Source: Deltaproteobacteria bacterium HGW-Deltaproteobacteria-22 (GTDB lineage: Bacteria > Myxococcota_A > Polyangia > HGW-17). Taken from it: 64,000 nt of DNA. The position numbers were made by a program, and so were the translations under genes. The notes beneath the pieces were generated by a model. That model was not told the DNA's origin. It made no database searches and was given only the letters and a program-made list of their open reading frames with translations. This document shows positions 18,557 to 29,984 of the stretch, piece after piece (position 1 is the stretch's first letter; each line of letters begins with the position of its first letter). The stretch lies in assembly GCA_002841825.1 (NCBI GenBank), contig PHAZ01000003.1, forward strand, positions 3,039 through 67,038. Reading direction: 5' to 3'.

Positions 18557-19384
18557 TTACAGGTTGTATTCGTTGGCGTTGAGGCAGAAGGGGCAGGTGA
18601 TGCGGGCCGGGTAGCCGACGTAGGGGACAGGGAGCTTGTGGTGGCAGGAGCCGCAGTCGATGGAGGAGCGCAGATCCTTTTTATCGGCCTTCGGGAACAG
18701 GTCGACATCGGAGTGGTCCTCGTCGTCCATGATCGCGGGCCGGGCGCCGGAGGTGCGGGCGACGGGGCCCGATGGGCCGCTCTCGGAGGCCGACGCGGGG
18801 ACGGCCGGGACGGCTGCAGGTTCTTCGGCTTCCTCGGCGGGGCTCTCCTGGGCGGCCTCGCCGGCGTCGTCTTCGCGCACGAGCGGGGCGGCCACGGAGA
18901 CCTCGTCCATGACGAACTCGCCGGAGCTGGTCTGACCGAGAGTGACCTCGCCGCCGACCAGCATGGAACCGGATACATCGGCCTGCGCGGGCTCGGAGGA
19001 ACCGGCGCCGATCTCCAGTTCACCGGCGGCCAGCTCACCGACGACCATTTCTCCGGAGGAAATCTCGCCGGAGACGGCCTTGTCGGGGGTCTCAACGTCC
19101 TTCTCCGTGAAGGAGGGCGCCGCCATGCCGAAGACCGTCGGCTTGTGATCGGACCTGTCCTTGTTTTTCTTTTTATCCTTTTTACTTGGATGATGCTCGG
19201 GTTTGGGCTCCGGTTCGGGTTTGGGCTCCGGTTCGGGGACCCGATCCTCCTCGGGCAGGGTCTCGGGTTCCGGCGCAAGGTTGTCGGATGGGCTGTCATC
19301 GACGACAGGTTGCTCGCCCGATACCGTTTGAATCTCACCGGTATCCGCTTTCTTGCCGCCGAAAATCTTGCTGAAAAATCCCAC
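18557..19384 (-). CDS. Acidic, largely disordered protein with C-terminal zinc ribbon
   Basis: 275 aa. N-terminus is MGFFSKIFGGKK. It has PEPEPK repeats and long D/E/S/G-rich stretches. The C-terminus is DCGSCHHKLPVPYVGYPARITCPFCLNANEY (CxxC...CxxC). Confidence 0.6.
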   Translation of the reverse strand: MGFFSKIFGGKKADTGEIQTVSGEQPVVDDSPSDNLAPEPETLPEEDRVPEPEPKPEPEPKPEHHPSKKDKKKNKDRSDHKPTVFGMAAPSFTEKDVETPDKAVSGEISSGEMVVGELAAGELEIGAGSSEPAQADVSGSMLVGGEVTLGQTSSGEFVMDEVSVAAPLVREDDAGEAAQESPAEEAEEPAAVPAVPASASESGPSGPVARTSGARPAIMDDEDHSDVDLFPKADKKDLRSSIDCGSCHHKLPVPYVGYPARITCPFCLNANEYNL

Positions 19385-19455
19385 GGGCCACCTCCTTCAG
19401 TGAGCAGGATTATGTCTCATTTTTCATGACAAGAAAAGGGGGTCGGCGCGTTTTT

Positions 19456-21108
19456 TCAGGTTTCGGTGGTGGAAGCGGGGATGATCAGGCGCATGACGGT
19501 CCCGCTGGCGTCGGATCGCGCCAGCGTCAGCCGGCCGCCGTGGGCCATCAGGATGTGGCCGGCCACCGCCAGGCCGAGCCCGGTGCCGGAGTTTTTCGTT
19601 GAAACGAAGGGCTCGAATATTTTTTCCTGCATGTCCAGAGGAATCCCTGGGCCGGGGTCCTCCACGTCCACCTGCACCTCCACGGTGTTGGAGACCAGGG
19701 AGATTCTCACCCAGGTGCCGGGTGCGGCCTGGACCGCGTTGATGATCAGGTTCAGCAGCACCTGGCGCAGACCGCCCGGATCGAACTGGATCGCGCAGGT
19801 GCCGGGCAGCTCCAGGTCGAAGCGGGTGCCCGCGTTCTTCGGATCGGCCTCGCACAGCATGACGGTCTCCTGGAGGAACTCCACGAGGTCCAGGTTCTCC
19901 ACGCGGGGCTTTTTCTGGGAGGTATAGACCCGCAGTTCGGAGATCAGGTCGTTGAGCCGCCGGATTTCGCGGAAGACGATGTCGAAGAGCTCCCGGTTTT
20001 CCGGCTCCTGCGAGGTCATCGACGGGCGCAGAAGCTCCAGGGAGCCCGCGATGGAGGTGAGCGGGTTGCGGATCTCGTGGGCGATGCTGGCGGTCAGCCG
20101 GCCGATGGCGGCCAGCTTCTCCTGCTGGGCGAGATCCCGCTCCAGCCGGGACACCTCGCTGCGGTTGCGGATGACCACGATCGAGCCGGAGGTCTGCTCC
20201 TGGACCATCAGGTCCTGCACGGACACCTCCAGTTCGAGGACCTGGGAACCATGGTTCAGGCGGGTCCGCAGGGAGGTGGGCTTCTGGGTGACCCAGCCGG
20301 CGAGCTCGGGGGAAAGGTTCTCCATGGTTATGCCGACCTCGATGTTGGCACCCATCAGGGTGCGGAAGGCGGGATTGACGTCCAGGACCATGCCCTCCCG
20401 GGACACACAGCAGATGCCGTCGTTGAGGGAGCGCAGGATGTCCTGGTGCCGGTTGAACAGGAGCTGGATCTGGCGGTCCTTCCTCACGTTGGCCTGTTCG
20501 GCCCGGGACAGGTGCCGGGCCAGCAGGATCGAAAGGGCCGACACCGCGGCCATGGCGCTGATGTTGAGGCTCAGCCGGGCGGCCAGCACCGACGCGGACA
20601 ACTGGTCAGGGACGATCCCGGCGCCGGGGAGCGACGGCAGCCAGCCGGTCTTGCCGGCGATGGAGACGGCGGCGTAACTGAGGATCGACAGGAAGGTGAT
20701 CGAGCCGGCCCAGAAGGCGGGCATGGCCATCGCCGAGGAGATGATGCCCACCATGAACAGGATCGTGTACGGCGAGTACGCGCCCCCTGTGACGTGCACC
20801 AGCGCGGAGGTCACCAGGGTGTCGCAGATGACGGTGCCCAGGAAAATCCAGTGCAGTTTGCTGTGGCCCCGGCGCAGGATCGCCAGGAGCCCCAGCAGGG
20901 TGGCGTACTCGAAGATGACCAGCCCCATCACGAGGCGCGCCACGAGGGTGGCCGCCGCATGGGGCCTTGGAGCCACGAGGTAGGCGATGGCCGAGCCGAC
21001 CAGGATGAAACTGATCAGCAGGAACTTCATGATGGAGAGCTGGAGGATCCGGTGGTCCCGGAGGGCCGAAGCACCGGCCGAGGACTCCCACGACAGCGGG
21101 TTGTTCAC
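19456..21108 (-). CDS. Sensor histidine kinase, PilS-like architecture (about 6 TM, PAS, HisKA, HATPase)
   Basis: 550 aa. The GTG start overlaps the pilC stop (GTGA). The N-terminus has about six hydrophobic helices. H-box: LAAIGRLTASIAHEIRNPLTSI. ATPase: NLIINAVQA...DPGPGIP...GTGLGLAV. Confidence 0.85.
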   Translation of the reverse strand: MNNPLSWESSAGASALRDHRILQLSIMKFLLISFILVGSAIAYLVAPRPHAAATLVARLVMGLVIFEYATLLGLLAILRRGHSKLHWIFLGTVICDTLVTSALVHVTGGAYSPYTILFMVGIISSAMAMPAFWAGSITFLSILSYAAVSIAGKTGWLPSLPGAGIVPDQLSASVLAARLSLNISAMAAVSALSILLARHLSRAEQANVRKDRQIQLLFNRHQDILRSLNDGICCVSREGMVLDVNPAFRTLMGANIEVGITMENLSPELAGWVTQKPTSLRTRLNHGSQVLELEVSVQDLMVQEQTSGSIVVIRNRSEVSRLERDLAQQEKLAAIGRLTASIAHEIRNPLTSIAGSLELLRPSMTSQEPENRELFDIVFREIRRLNDLISELRVYTSQKKPRVENLDLVEFLQETVMLCEADPKNAGTRFDLELPGTCAIQFDPGGLRQVLLNLIINAVQAAPGTWVRISLVSNTVEVQVDVEDPGPGIPLDMQEKIFEPFVSTKNSGTGLGLAVAGHILMAHGGRLTLARSDASGTVMRLIIPASTTET

Positions 21109-22331
21109 TTCAGGTTTTCCGTCTTGCCGGCCATGCTGAAGATCGGCATGTACATCGCGATCATGACGGTGCCGATGCTTCCGCCGAGCACGACCATCAT
21201 CAGCGGCTCGATCATGGCGGTCATGCCCTCCACGGCGACGTCGACCTCATCTTCGTAGAAGTCCGCGATCTTGTTGAGCATGGTGTCCAGCGCGCCGGTC
21301 TGCTCGCCGACGCCGACCATCTGGACGACCATGTGCGGGAAGATCTTCGTTTGCGCCAGGGGCTCGACGATGTTGCGACCCTCGGCGATCTGGGACCGCA
21401 CGGTCATCAGGGCCTTTTCGATGACCATGTTGCCGGCGGCCTTGGAGACGATCTCGAGGGCGTCAAGGATCGGGACGCCCGAGGCCAGCAGCGTGCCCAT
21501 GGTGCGCGTGAACCGGGCCACGGCGATCTTTTTGAGGACCGGGCCGAGGATGGGCGCGTTGAGCATGCCCATGTGCAGGTAGTATCTCCCCTTCGGGAGA
21601 CGCCAGGCCACGATGAACCCGACGATGATCGCGAAGAAGATGCCGAAGATCGGCGTGGCGTGGGCCAGGGCCCAGCGGCTGGTGTCGATCACTTTCTGGG
21701 TCAGGCCCGGCAGCTGGCCGCCCATGCCCGCGAACATCGTCTCGAAGGTCGGGATGACCTTGAAAAGCAGACCCCACATCGATCCGAGGAAGACCACGAT
21801 GAGGATGATCGGATAGTTCAGGGCCGAACGGATGCGGCGCTTGAGCTTGGATTCCTTTTCGATCTGGATCGCGAGCCGGTTCATGATCGTGTCGAGGATG
21901 CCGCCGATCTCGCCCGCCCTGACGAGGTTGACGAACAGGGCATCGAAGGCCTTGGGATGGTAGGACAGCGCCTCGGAGAAGGTGGTGCCCTGCTCGACGC
22001 GCTCCTTGACGTCGAACAGGATTTTTCCGAAGTACTTGTTCTCGGAGGTCGTCGCGAGGATGTCCAGCGCCTGGACCAGCGGCAGACCGGAGTCGATCAT
22101 CGTGGCGAACTGGCGCGTGAAGATCATCAGGTCCCGCGGGGGGATGCCGCCGATGTTGATGTCGAGCTTGCCCAGGTCCTCGAGCTTGAACGGCTTTTTC
22201 TCGGTCATCCGCGAGACGGAGATGCCCTGATTGTTGAGCGTGCTGAAGGCAAGCTGCTCGCTGGCCGCGACGATCGTGCCCTTCTTCAGGGTTCCGTCCT
22301 TGGCTTTTCCTTCGTATAAATATTTTGCCAT
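21105..22331 (-). CDS. pilC: Type IV pilus assembly platform protein PilC (GspF family)
   Basis: Track ORF ends at 22337 (GTG). ATG 22331 has AGAGG upstream and gives MAKYLYEGKAKDGTLKKGTI. GspF repeats: FTRQFATMIDSGLPLVQAL and FTRTMGTLLASGVPILDAL. Confidence 0.9.
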   Translation of the reverse strand: MAKYLYEGKAKDGTLKKGTIVAASEQLAFSTLNNQGISVSRMTEKKPFKLEDLGKLDINIGGIPPRDLMIFTRQFATMIDSGLPLVQALDILATTSENKYFGKILFDVKERVEQGTTFSEALSYHPKAFDALFVNLVRAGEIGGILDTIMNRLAIQIEKESKLKRRIRSALNYPIILIVVFLGSMWGLLFKVIPTFETMFAGMGGQLPGLTQKVIDTSRWALAHATPIFGIFFAIIVGFIVAWRLPKGRYYLHMGMLNAPILGPVLKKIAVARFTRTMGTLLASGVPILDALEIVSKAAGNMVIEKALMTVRSQIAEGRNIVEPLAQTKIFPHMVVQMVGVGEQTGALDTMLNKIADFYEDEVDVAVEGMTAMIEPLMMVVLGGSIGTVMIAMYMPIFSMAGKTENLK

Positions 22332-22477
22332 TGGCACCTCTTTGCCGGTCGATTTCCTCCGGAAAAACCGGATTGCACATAATATTGTTTAAACAACTTG
22401 AAAAATCAAGAAAACACATGAAAGAATGAATGGCAACGAACCACGGATCGTCTTGGCGACGTTCAGGAGAACCCATC

Positions 22478-22936
22478 ATGAAACAGTTCACATTTTTCTT
22501 GTTGTTTATTCTGGTCTCGGGTTCCGGCATCGGCCGTGCCGGGGCCCAGGTCGCCGGAAAGACCCATCTGCTCTTTTCCGCGGGTCCGACGACCTCCTAC
22601 ACGCCAAACATCCTGGAGATCTCCTCCGTGGAAAACCGGAAGATCACCGGCAAGGTTCATTTGCAATTTAGCATCGGTCCCCAGGGCCGTGCTCCGCAGG
22701 AATGGGAAAAGACACATGTCCTCCCCTTCTCGGCGACCGCGGATGCGGAGACGGGCAAGGTCGTGTTCGTGGTTGAGGTGCCCCAGGGCATCCGCAAGCT
22801 GCGCTTTGCCTTCTCGGGATATTTTTTCTCCGGCGGAGGATTCGCCGGGATCTACTCGATCGACGGCAAGGAGCGCGGCGCCTTCTTCACCCGGGCGATG
22901 ACGAAGCCGGCGACCCAGCTCATCAAGGAGATTTGA
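22478..22936 (+). CDS. Secreted hypothetical protein
   Basis: Track ORF 22430..22936. ATG 22478 gives signal peptide MKQFTFFLLFILVSGSGIGRAGA. No recognisable domain. Confidence 0.55.
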   Translation: MKQFTFFLLFILVSGSGIGRAGAQVAGKTHLLFSAGPTTSYTPNILEISSVENRKITGKVHLQFSIGPQGRAPQEWEKTHVLPFSATADAETGKVVFVVEVPQGIRKLRFAFSGYFFSGGGFAGIYSIDGKERGAFFTRAMTKPATQLIKEI

Positions 22937-23040
22937 AAGGCACAGCTTGCAAATGCTGATGGCCCGCACTATCTTTGTGTCAGCGCCCCCCGACAGGGGC
23001 AATGACTGAACCTCTCAACCGTTTTCAGAAGGAGTTTCCC

Positions 23041-23157
23041 ATGGCCCGCAAATGTTCGTACTGCCGTCATACCGAATGCGACCGCTGCCTCGCCGAGCAG
23101 AAACGCGGCAAGGCCGGCTACTGCTGCCAGTGTCACCGCACCAACGTGATGCAGTAA
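23041..23157 (+). CDS. Candidate 38-aa cysteine-rich small protein
   Basis: AAGGAG lies 7-8 nt upstream of ATG 23041. The product is MARKCSYCRHTECDRCLAEQKRGKAGYCCQCHRTNVMQ, with 7 Cys arranged CxxC...CxxC...CCxC. It is the internal start of track ORF 22975..23157. Confidence 0.4.
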   Translation: MARKCSYCRHTECDRCLAEQKRGKAGYCCQCHRTNVMQ

Positions 23158-23181
23158 GGATCCTGATCAGCAGGGTCCAAG

Positions 23182-25077
23182 TCACGTCTCCCGGTCCACC
23201 GCTTCCTTCATCTGCACTTCCCAGAAATTCCGGTACCTGCCATCGGGCAGGGACATCAGTTCCGCGTGGGTCCCCGCCTCGGCGACCCGGCCGTCGGCGA
23301 TCAGGACGATCCGGTCGGCCTTGCGTGCCGCCGGGAGGCGATGCGTGACCAGGATGACGATGCGACCGCGCTTGTGTTCGTGCAGCAGCTCCAGGACAGC
23401 CTGCTCGCGCAGGGCATCGAGCTGGTTGGTGCCCTCGTCCAGGATCAGCACCGGCCTCGCCTGCAGCAGGGCGCGGGCCAGCACCAGCAGTTGCGCCTGC
23501 CCGCCCGAGGGCGTCACGTCCTCGCCCAGCGCGGCGTCGAGCCCGCCGGGCCAGGACCGCACGGTCGCGGCCACGTCCAGGCGCTCCAGCAGTCCGTAGA
23601 TGTGTGCGTCGGAAGGGATCGGATCGCACCCGAAGGTCAGGTTCTCCCGGATGGTGAAGCTCTCCATCAGGAAAGGCGTCTGCGCGGACAGGCTGATCCG
23701 GGACCGCACCGAGGCGGCGGTGAGCTCCGAGAGCGGCTCCCCCGACCACAGGATCCTGCCCCCCCCGGGATCGTGATGGCGGTTCAGCAGGCGCAGCAGG
23801 GTCGTCTTCCCGGCCCCGTTGGCGCCGACGACCGCCGTGAGGGAGTCGCGCCCGAAACGGACGCTCAGCTCGTCAAGCACCTTCACCGGGGCGGCCGGCT
23901 CCTCGAGCAGGGCCTCCCAGTCCCGCAGGATCCCGCGGTCGGTCTTCCAGGCCTCGCGTCGGTCGAGGCGGCTCTTGAGCTCCCTGACGAGATAGGCGAT
24001 GTACTCACGCTCCCCCTGGCCGAGCACCGGATAGGAGAAGGAGACGCGGTCGAGGACGAGCTCGGAAGGGTCCTGCGCGGGCCGGATGCCGTCGGTGGCG
24101 AGGGTGCCCTGCTGACCCCAGAAGAACCGCCACTGAAGGATGATCGACGACAGGCGCGCCCACTCACCGGCCTGCTCGTGGAGTTGGGCCAGGGCGGCCA
24201 CCAGGGCCGCCGACCACGCCGTGAGCATCACGAAGGAGCCGATGGACAACTCTCCGGCGAGCACGCGCAGGCCCAGCAGCGACGCGACGGCCGCGGTCAG
24301 CAGCCATCCGACGATCGAGAACAGCCACTGGTACCAGGCGCCGATCCGCTCCTGTCCGACGGTCAGGCCCAGCGCCTGCTCCCGGCGCTCCCAGTAGGTC
24401 GTGCGGATCTGCTCCTGGCCCCCCAGCGCCAGCACCTGGTGATAATGGTATCGCAGCAGGAACATCATCTCGCGGATGCCGGCCATCCGCCGCTCGCGGT
24501 AGAGGCGGTAGGTGTTCTCGCGCCGGATGCGGCGGCGCAGCACCAGAATCTGGAGCAGGCTTCCGGCGACCAGGAAGACGACCACGCGCCAGTCGAACCA
24601 CAGCAGGAGCGGCAGCACGCCGGCGATCCAAACCAGGCTGCGGCCGCCCTGCCGGAAGAACTGGAACATGTCCCAGGGCAGGTGACTAATCTCAAAGAAC
24701 ATGTACACCAGCTTGCGGTTGCGGGGGTTCTCCAGAAATCCAACGTCCAGCCGGGCCATGCGATCGTAGATGGCGCGGTCCATGTCCATGACCAGGCGTT
24801 CCTGGCCCCGGGCGTCGGCAACGCGGGAGAGCGCGCCGCAGGCCGAAGAAAAGAGCTGGACCGCCAGGAGCAGGCCCGTGGCCACCAGGAACATGCGCAG
24901 GGGAGAATCCACGACCAGGCCCAGCGCGTCGAGCTGGCGCTTGACGAGCACGGGCGCGACGACCACGGCCAGGGCCTCCGCCAGCGCCAGGGCGATCAGG
25001 CCCGCCAGCAGCGGCCAACGGCGCTTGAGCAGCGCCAGGAGGAAAGGCCCGAAGGCGGGCCCGGAGAACTCACGCAT
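23182..25077 (-). CDS. ABC exporter, fused permease/ATPase (MsbA-like type)
   Basis: 631 aa with an N-terminal 6-TM domain. Walker A GANGAGKTT, signature PSGGQAQ, Walker B VLILDEGT, H-loop VTHR. There is an extra ~45-aa segment between the first NBD strand and Walker A. Confidence 0.85.
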   Translation of the reverse strand: MREFSGPAFGPFLLALLKRRWPLLAGLIALALAEALAVVVAPVLVKRQLDALGLVVDSPLRMFLVATGLLLAVQLFSSACGALSRVADARGQERLVMDMDRAIYDRMARLDVGFLENPRNRKLVYMFFEISHLPWDMFQFFRQGGRSLVWIAGVLPLLLWFDWRVVVFLVAGSLLQILVLRRRIRRENTYRLYRERRMAGIREMMFLLRYHYHQVLALGGQEQIRTTYWERREQALGLTVGQERIGAWYQWLFSIVGWLLTAAVASLLGLRVLAGELSIGSFVMLTAWSAALVAALAQLHEQAGEWARLSSIILQWRFFWGQQGTLATDGIRPAQDPSELVLDRVSFSYPVLGQGEREYIAYLVRELKSRLDRREAWKTDRGILRDWEALLEEPAAPVKVLDELSVRFGRDSLTAVVGANGAGKTTLLRLLNRHHDPGGGRILWSGEPLSELTAASVRSRISLSAQTPFLMESFTIRENLTFGCDPIPSDAHIYGLLERLDVAATVRSWPGGLDAALGEDVTPSGGQAQLLVLARALLQARPVLILDEGTNQLDALREQAVLELLHEHKRGRIVILVTHRLPAARKADRIVLIADGRVAEAGTHAELMSLPDGRYRNFWEVQMKEAVDRET

Positions 25078-26788
25078 CCAGGCATCGCCTTGGCCAGGCG
25101 AGCTCCCGGGACTCGGGGTCCAGCTCGCCCAGCACCCGGACCTGGAACCGGCACTCCGCCGAGATCTCCTGGTCCGCGAGCAGGTCTGCGGTCTGCTTGA
25201 ACACTTTTTTGTCCTTCACGAAAGCCGCCAGAAGCAGGCGGGTCTCGATGGTGGGGGTGTAGTCGCCGTCGGTCTCCAGTTCGTCGGCGAGGCGCTGCTC
25301 ACAGACCAGCGCCGCCTGCGCCGCCTCCTCCAACCGGTCGCATCCGACGAGGGCCATGGTCCCGACGAACTTCGTCCAGGAGGCGTCGTTTCCATGTTGC
25401 TCGGCCAGCTCCACCGCCATGAGGGCGTCTTCCCAGCGCTCGGCCCCGCACAACAGCAGCGCACCCAGGAAATAGGCCCCCGGGTGGTCCGAGTCGAGCT
25501 TGACCGCGGCCTCCACGGCCGCGATGCCGTCGTCCAAGGCGTTGGTGGCCAGGCATACGCCGGCGAAGGCGAGCAGGAATTCCTGTCGTTCCTGCCGCTC
25601 GTGCTTCTTGCCCTTCCCGCCGGGCAGGCCTGCGGCGATCGTGCGTCCCAGCGCCAGCGCGGTCACGTTGTCACCCCGTCCCTCCGCGATACGGAAGGCC
25701 AGCAGGTCCAGCACCGGATCCTCATGTGACCTGCGGGCGTCGGCGAGATCAGCCTGCGCCCGGTCCCAGTCGCCGTAGGCGATGCGCAGGCGCAGCCGGT
25801 TCGCGATCAGGCCGAGGTTGTCGGGCTCCAGCCGCAGCGCGACCTCCACCAGGCCCACGGCGTGCTCGAAATCGTCGACCCGGTTGTACCAGCGCGCCAG
25901 ATCCTCGATCCGTGCCGCCACCGGATCGTCCGCGGTCACCGTCCGCATCAGGGTGACCCCGGCCACGGGCTCCAGGTTCTGCAGGTACGTCTCCAGTTGC
26001 CTGGCCAGTTGTCGTGCCTTGGGTCGCACCGCGATCGCAGAGTCCTTCTGCGCGGGACGGTCGACGGCCCAGATCCGCAGCCGTCGCGCCAGCTCGGCTT
26101 CGCAGGTCCAGAGATCTGCCGGATCGACGATCACGGAGAGCACCGCCTGCAGCACCGGACCGAGCTGGTCATCGGCATACCAGCCGTACAGTTCGGTGGG
26201 CACGTCCACCATCATGCCCGCGGACCGGGCCGGGATCGCCGTTGAGGCGCCGTCGGCGGAGAGATGGAACCAGGTCCCCGGCTTTCCGTAGGAGAGTCCG
26301 TGCAGTGATGCGGGCCAGGGGAAATCGCGCAAGAGTCCGGCGAGTTCGAGGGGATCGGCCAGGTTGCGCAGCTCGAGCGGAAAGTGGAACGCTTCGTCGA
26401 GGGACTCTGGGACATCGGACAGGCGCCAGGTGCCGGAGTCCTCCGGGACGGCCTGCACGCACGAATGGGACACGCCGCGGTTCCGGGCAAAGCCGGTGGC
26501 CGTCCTGAAGCTCGAGGCACCCGGACAAAGGATGATGCGGGGATGATCCCCGAAGTCGAGGAGGGTCCACTCGTGGCGCATGCCCGTCTCGGCGGGATCA
26601 TGTCCCCAGTGGCGGGGAAGCCATGGGCGAATGCCGTAAGCGCCCCCGAGCCAGGAGGCCGCGTGCAGCAGAAACCGCGGATCCTCGAGCCAGATCAGGG
26701 GCGCGGCGGCGCCAGGGAACAGCAGGTCCAGCGGCAGGGGTTTTCCGAAGTGCAAGGGATGGAGATAGACAAAGGTCAGTGATTGCAT
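25070..26788 (-). CDS. Hypothetical protein: unknown N-terminal domain plus TPR-like C-terminal half
   Basis: 572 aa. Its stop overlaps the ABC exporter start by 8 nt. The C-terminal half has TPR-like helical pairs (e.g. HAVGLVEVALRLEPDNLGLIANRLRLRIAYGDWDRAQADL). No signal peptide. Confidence 0.6.
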   Translation of the reverse strand: MQSLTFVYLHPLHFGKPLPLDLLFPGAAAPLIWLEDPRFLLHAASWLGGAYGIRPWLPRHWGHDPAETGMRHEWTLLDFGDHPRIILCPGASSFRTATGFARNRGVSHSCVQAVPEDSGTWRLSDVPESLDEAFHFPLELRNLADPLELAGLLRDFPWPASLHGLSYGKPGTWFHLSADGASTAIPARSAGMMVDVPTELYGWYADDQLGPVLQAVLSVIVDPADLWTCEAELARRLRIWAVDRPAQKDSAIAVRPKARQLARQLETYLQNLEPVAGVTLMRTVTADDPVAARIEDLARWYNRVDDFEHAVGLVEVALRLEPDNLGLIANRLRLRIAYGDWDRAQADLADARRSHEDPVLDLLAFRIAEGRGDNVTALALGRTIAAGLPGGKGKKHERQERQEFLLAFAGVCLATNALDDGIAAVEAAVKLDSDHPGAYFLGALLLCGAERWEDALMAVELAEQHGNDASWTKFVGTMALVGCDRLEEAAQAALVCEQRLADELETDGDYTPTIETRLLLAAFVKDKKVFKQTADLLADQEISAECRFQVRVLGELDPESRELAWPRRCLDA

Positions 26789-27026
26789 GGCGGCACTCTA
26801 GCACAGTCGCGTGCGGGTTGAATCCTCGAAATCGTTCGCCCCGGGACCGTATCATCACGGCTCGGGGACTGCCCGATTCCATTATCGGTTCCGAGGGGAT
26901 CCGGTTGCGGGAAAAATGCAAAAACGCACTGGACGCGGAAGGGGTGATTCTGGTACGAGGCGGAAGAGTTCCCCGAAACCGGCGGCGCCGCCGCGTCCGG
27001 TGAGGGGACGGTCAGGAATTTATACT

Positions 27027-27431
27027 ATGTCCACATCCTCCCTGCAATCCTCGTCCGAACAGCCCGTCTGGAAGAGGCATCTGCGCAAGCTCGTGGCGCT
27101 GGCGATCCTGCTGGCAGGTCTTGGCTGGGTGGTGTCGCGTCACCTGGACCGCCCGGCGAGACACAAGGTGGATCTGCAGGTCCGGGTCTCCCCCGAAGTG
27201 TTCGGCGGCGGCGGCGACCTGGTGATGTTCATCGACGATGCCCGGGGGGAGACCGTCTGGACGTTCCGCGGACGCCTGTCCGAGCCGATCCGCGTGTTCG
27301 ATCCGCTGCTGGTCCCCGGCCGGTACGAGGCTGTGGCCGAGTGGCGCTCCGGCGAGGAAAAACGCTTCACAGTCAAAGTTCAGTTCGTCTCACCTGGTCC
27401 TGATGTAAAAATACAAATCCCGGGAAGTTGA
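27027..27431 (+). CDS. Membrane-anchored hypothetical protein
   Basis: Track ORF 26811..27431. ATG 27027 gives MSTSSLQSSSEQPVWKRHLRKLVALAILLAGLGWVV (single TM), followed by a beta-rich domain. Confidence 0.5.
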   Translation: MSTSSLQSSSEQPVWKRHLRKLVALAILLAGLGWVVSRHLDRPARHKVDLQVRVSPEVFGGGGDLVMFIDDARGETVWTFRGRLSEPIRVFDPLLVPGRYEAVAEWRSGEEKRFTVKVQFVSPGPDVKIQIPGS

Positions 27432-27499
27432 TCTATTTCCCTCATTGACAAAAAGAGCCGTAGAAGGCTATGCTGTCGGCCACCTGCAAGGAGGTCTCG

Positions 27500-29905
<2,406 letters not shown>

Positions 29906-29984
29906 AATCTCCCGGACTCCATTCCTCTGTGGCCTCGTCCCGGATTCGCGTTATACTGTTCCGCGGTATCGGGGGTTTATTGAT

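Noticed and set aside
22332-22345. Sigma-54-like TGGCAC-N4-TTGC element in the pilC / secreted-protein divergent region
   Set aside because: The GG-to-GC spacing is one nucleotide shorter than the consensus TGGCAC-N5-TTGC. The element also overlaps the pilC RBS and start on the other strand, so it is probably fortuitous.
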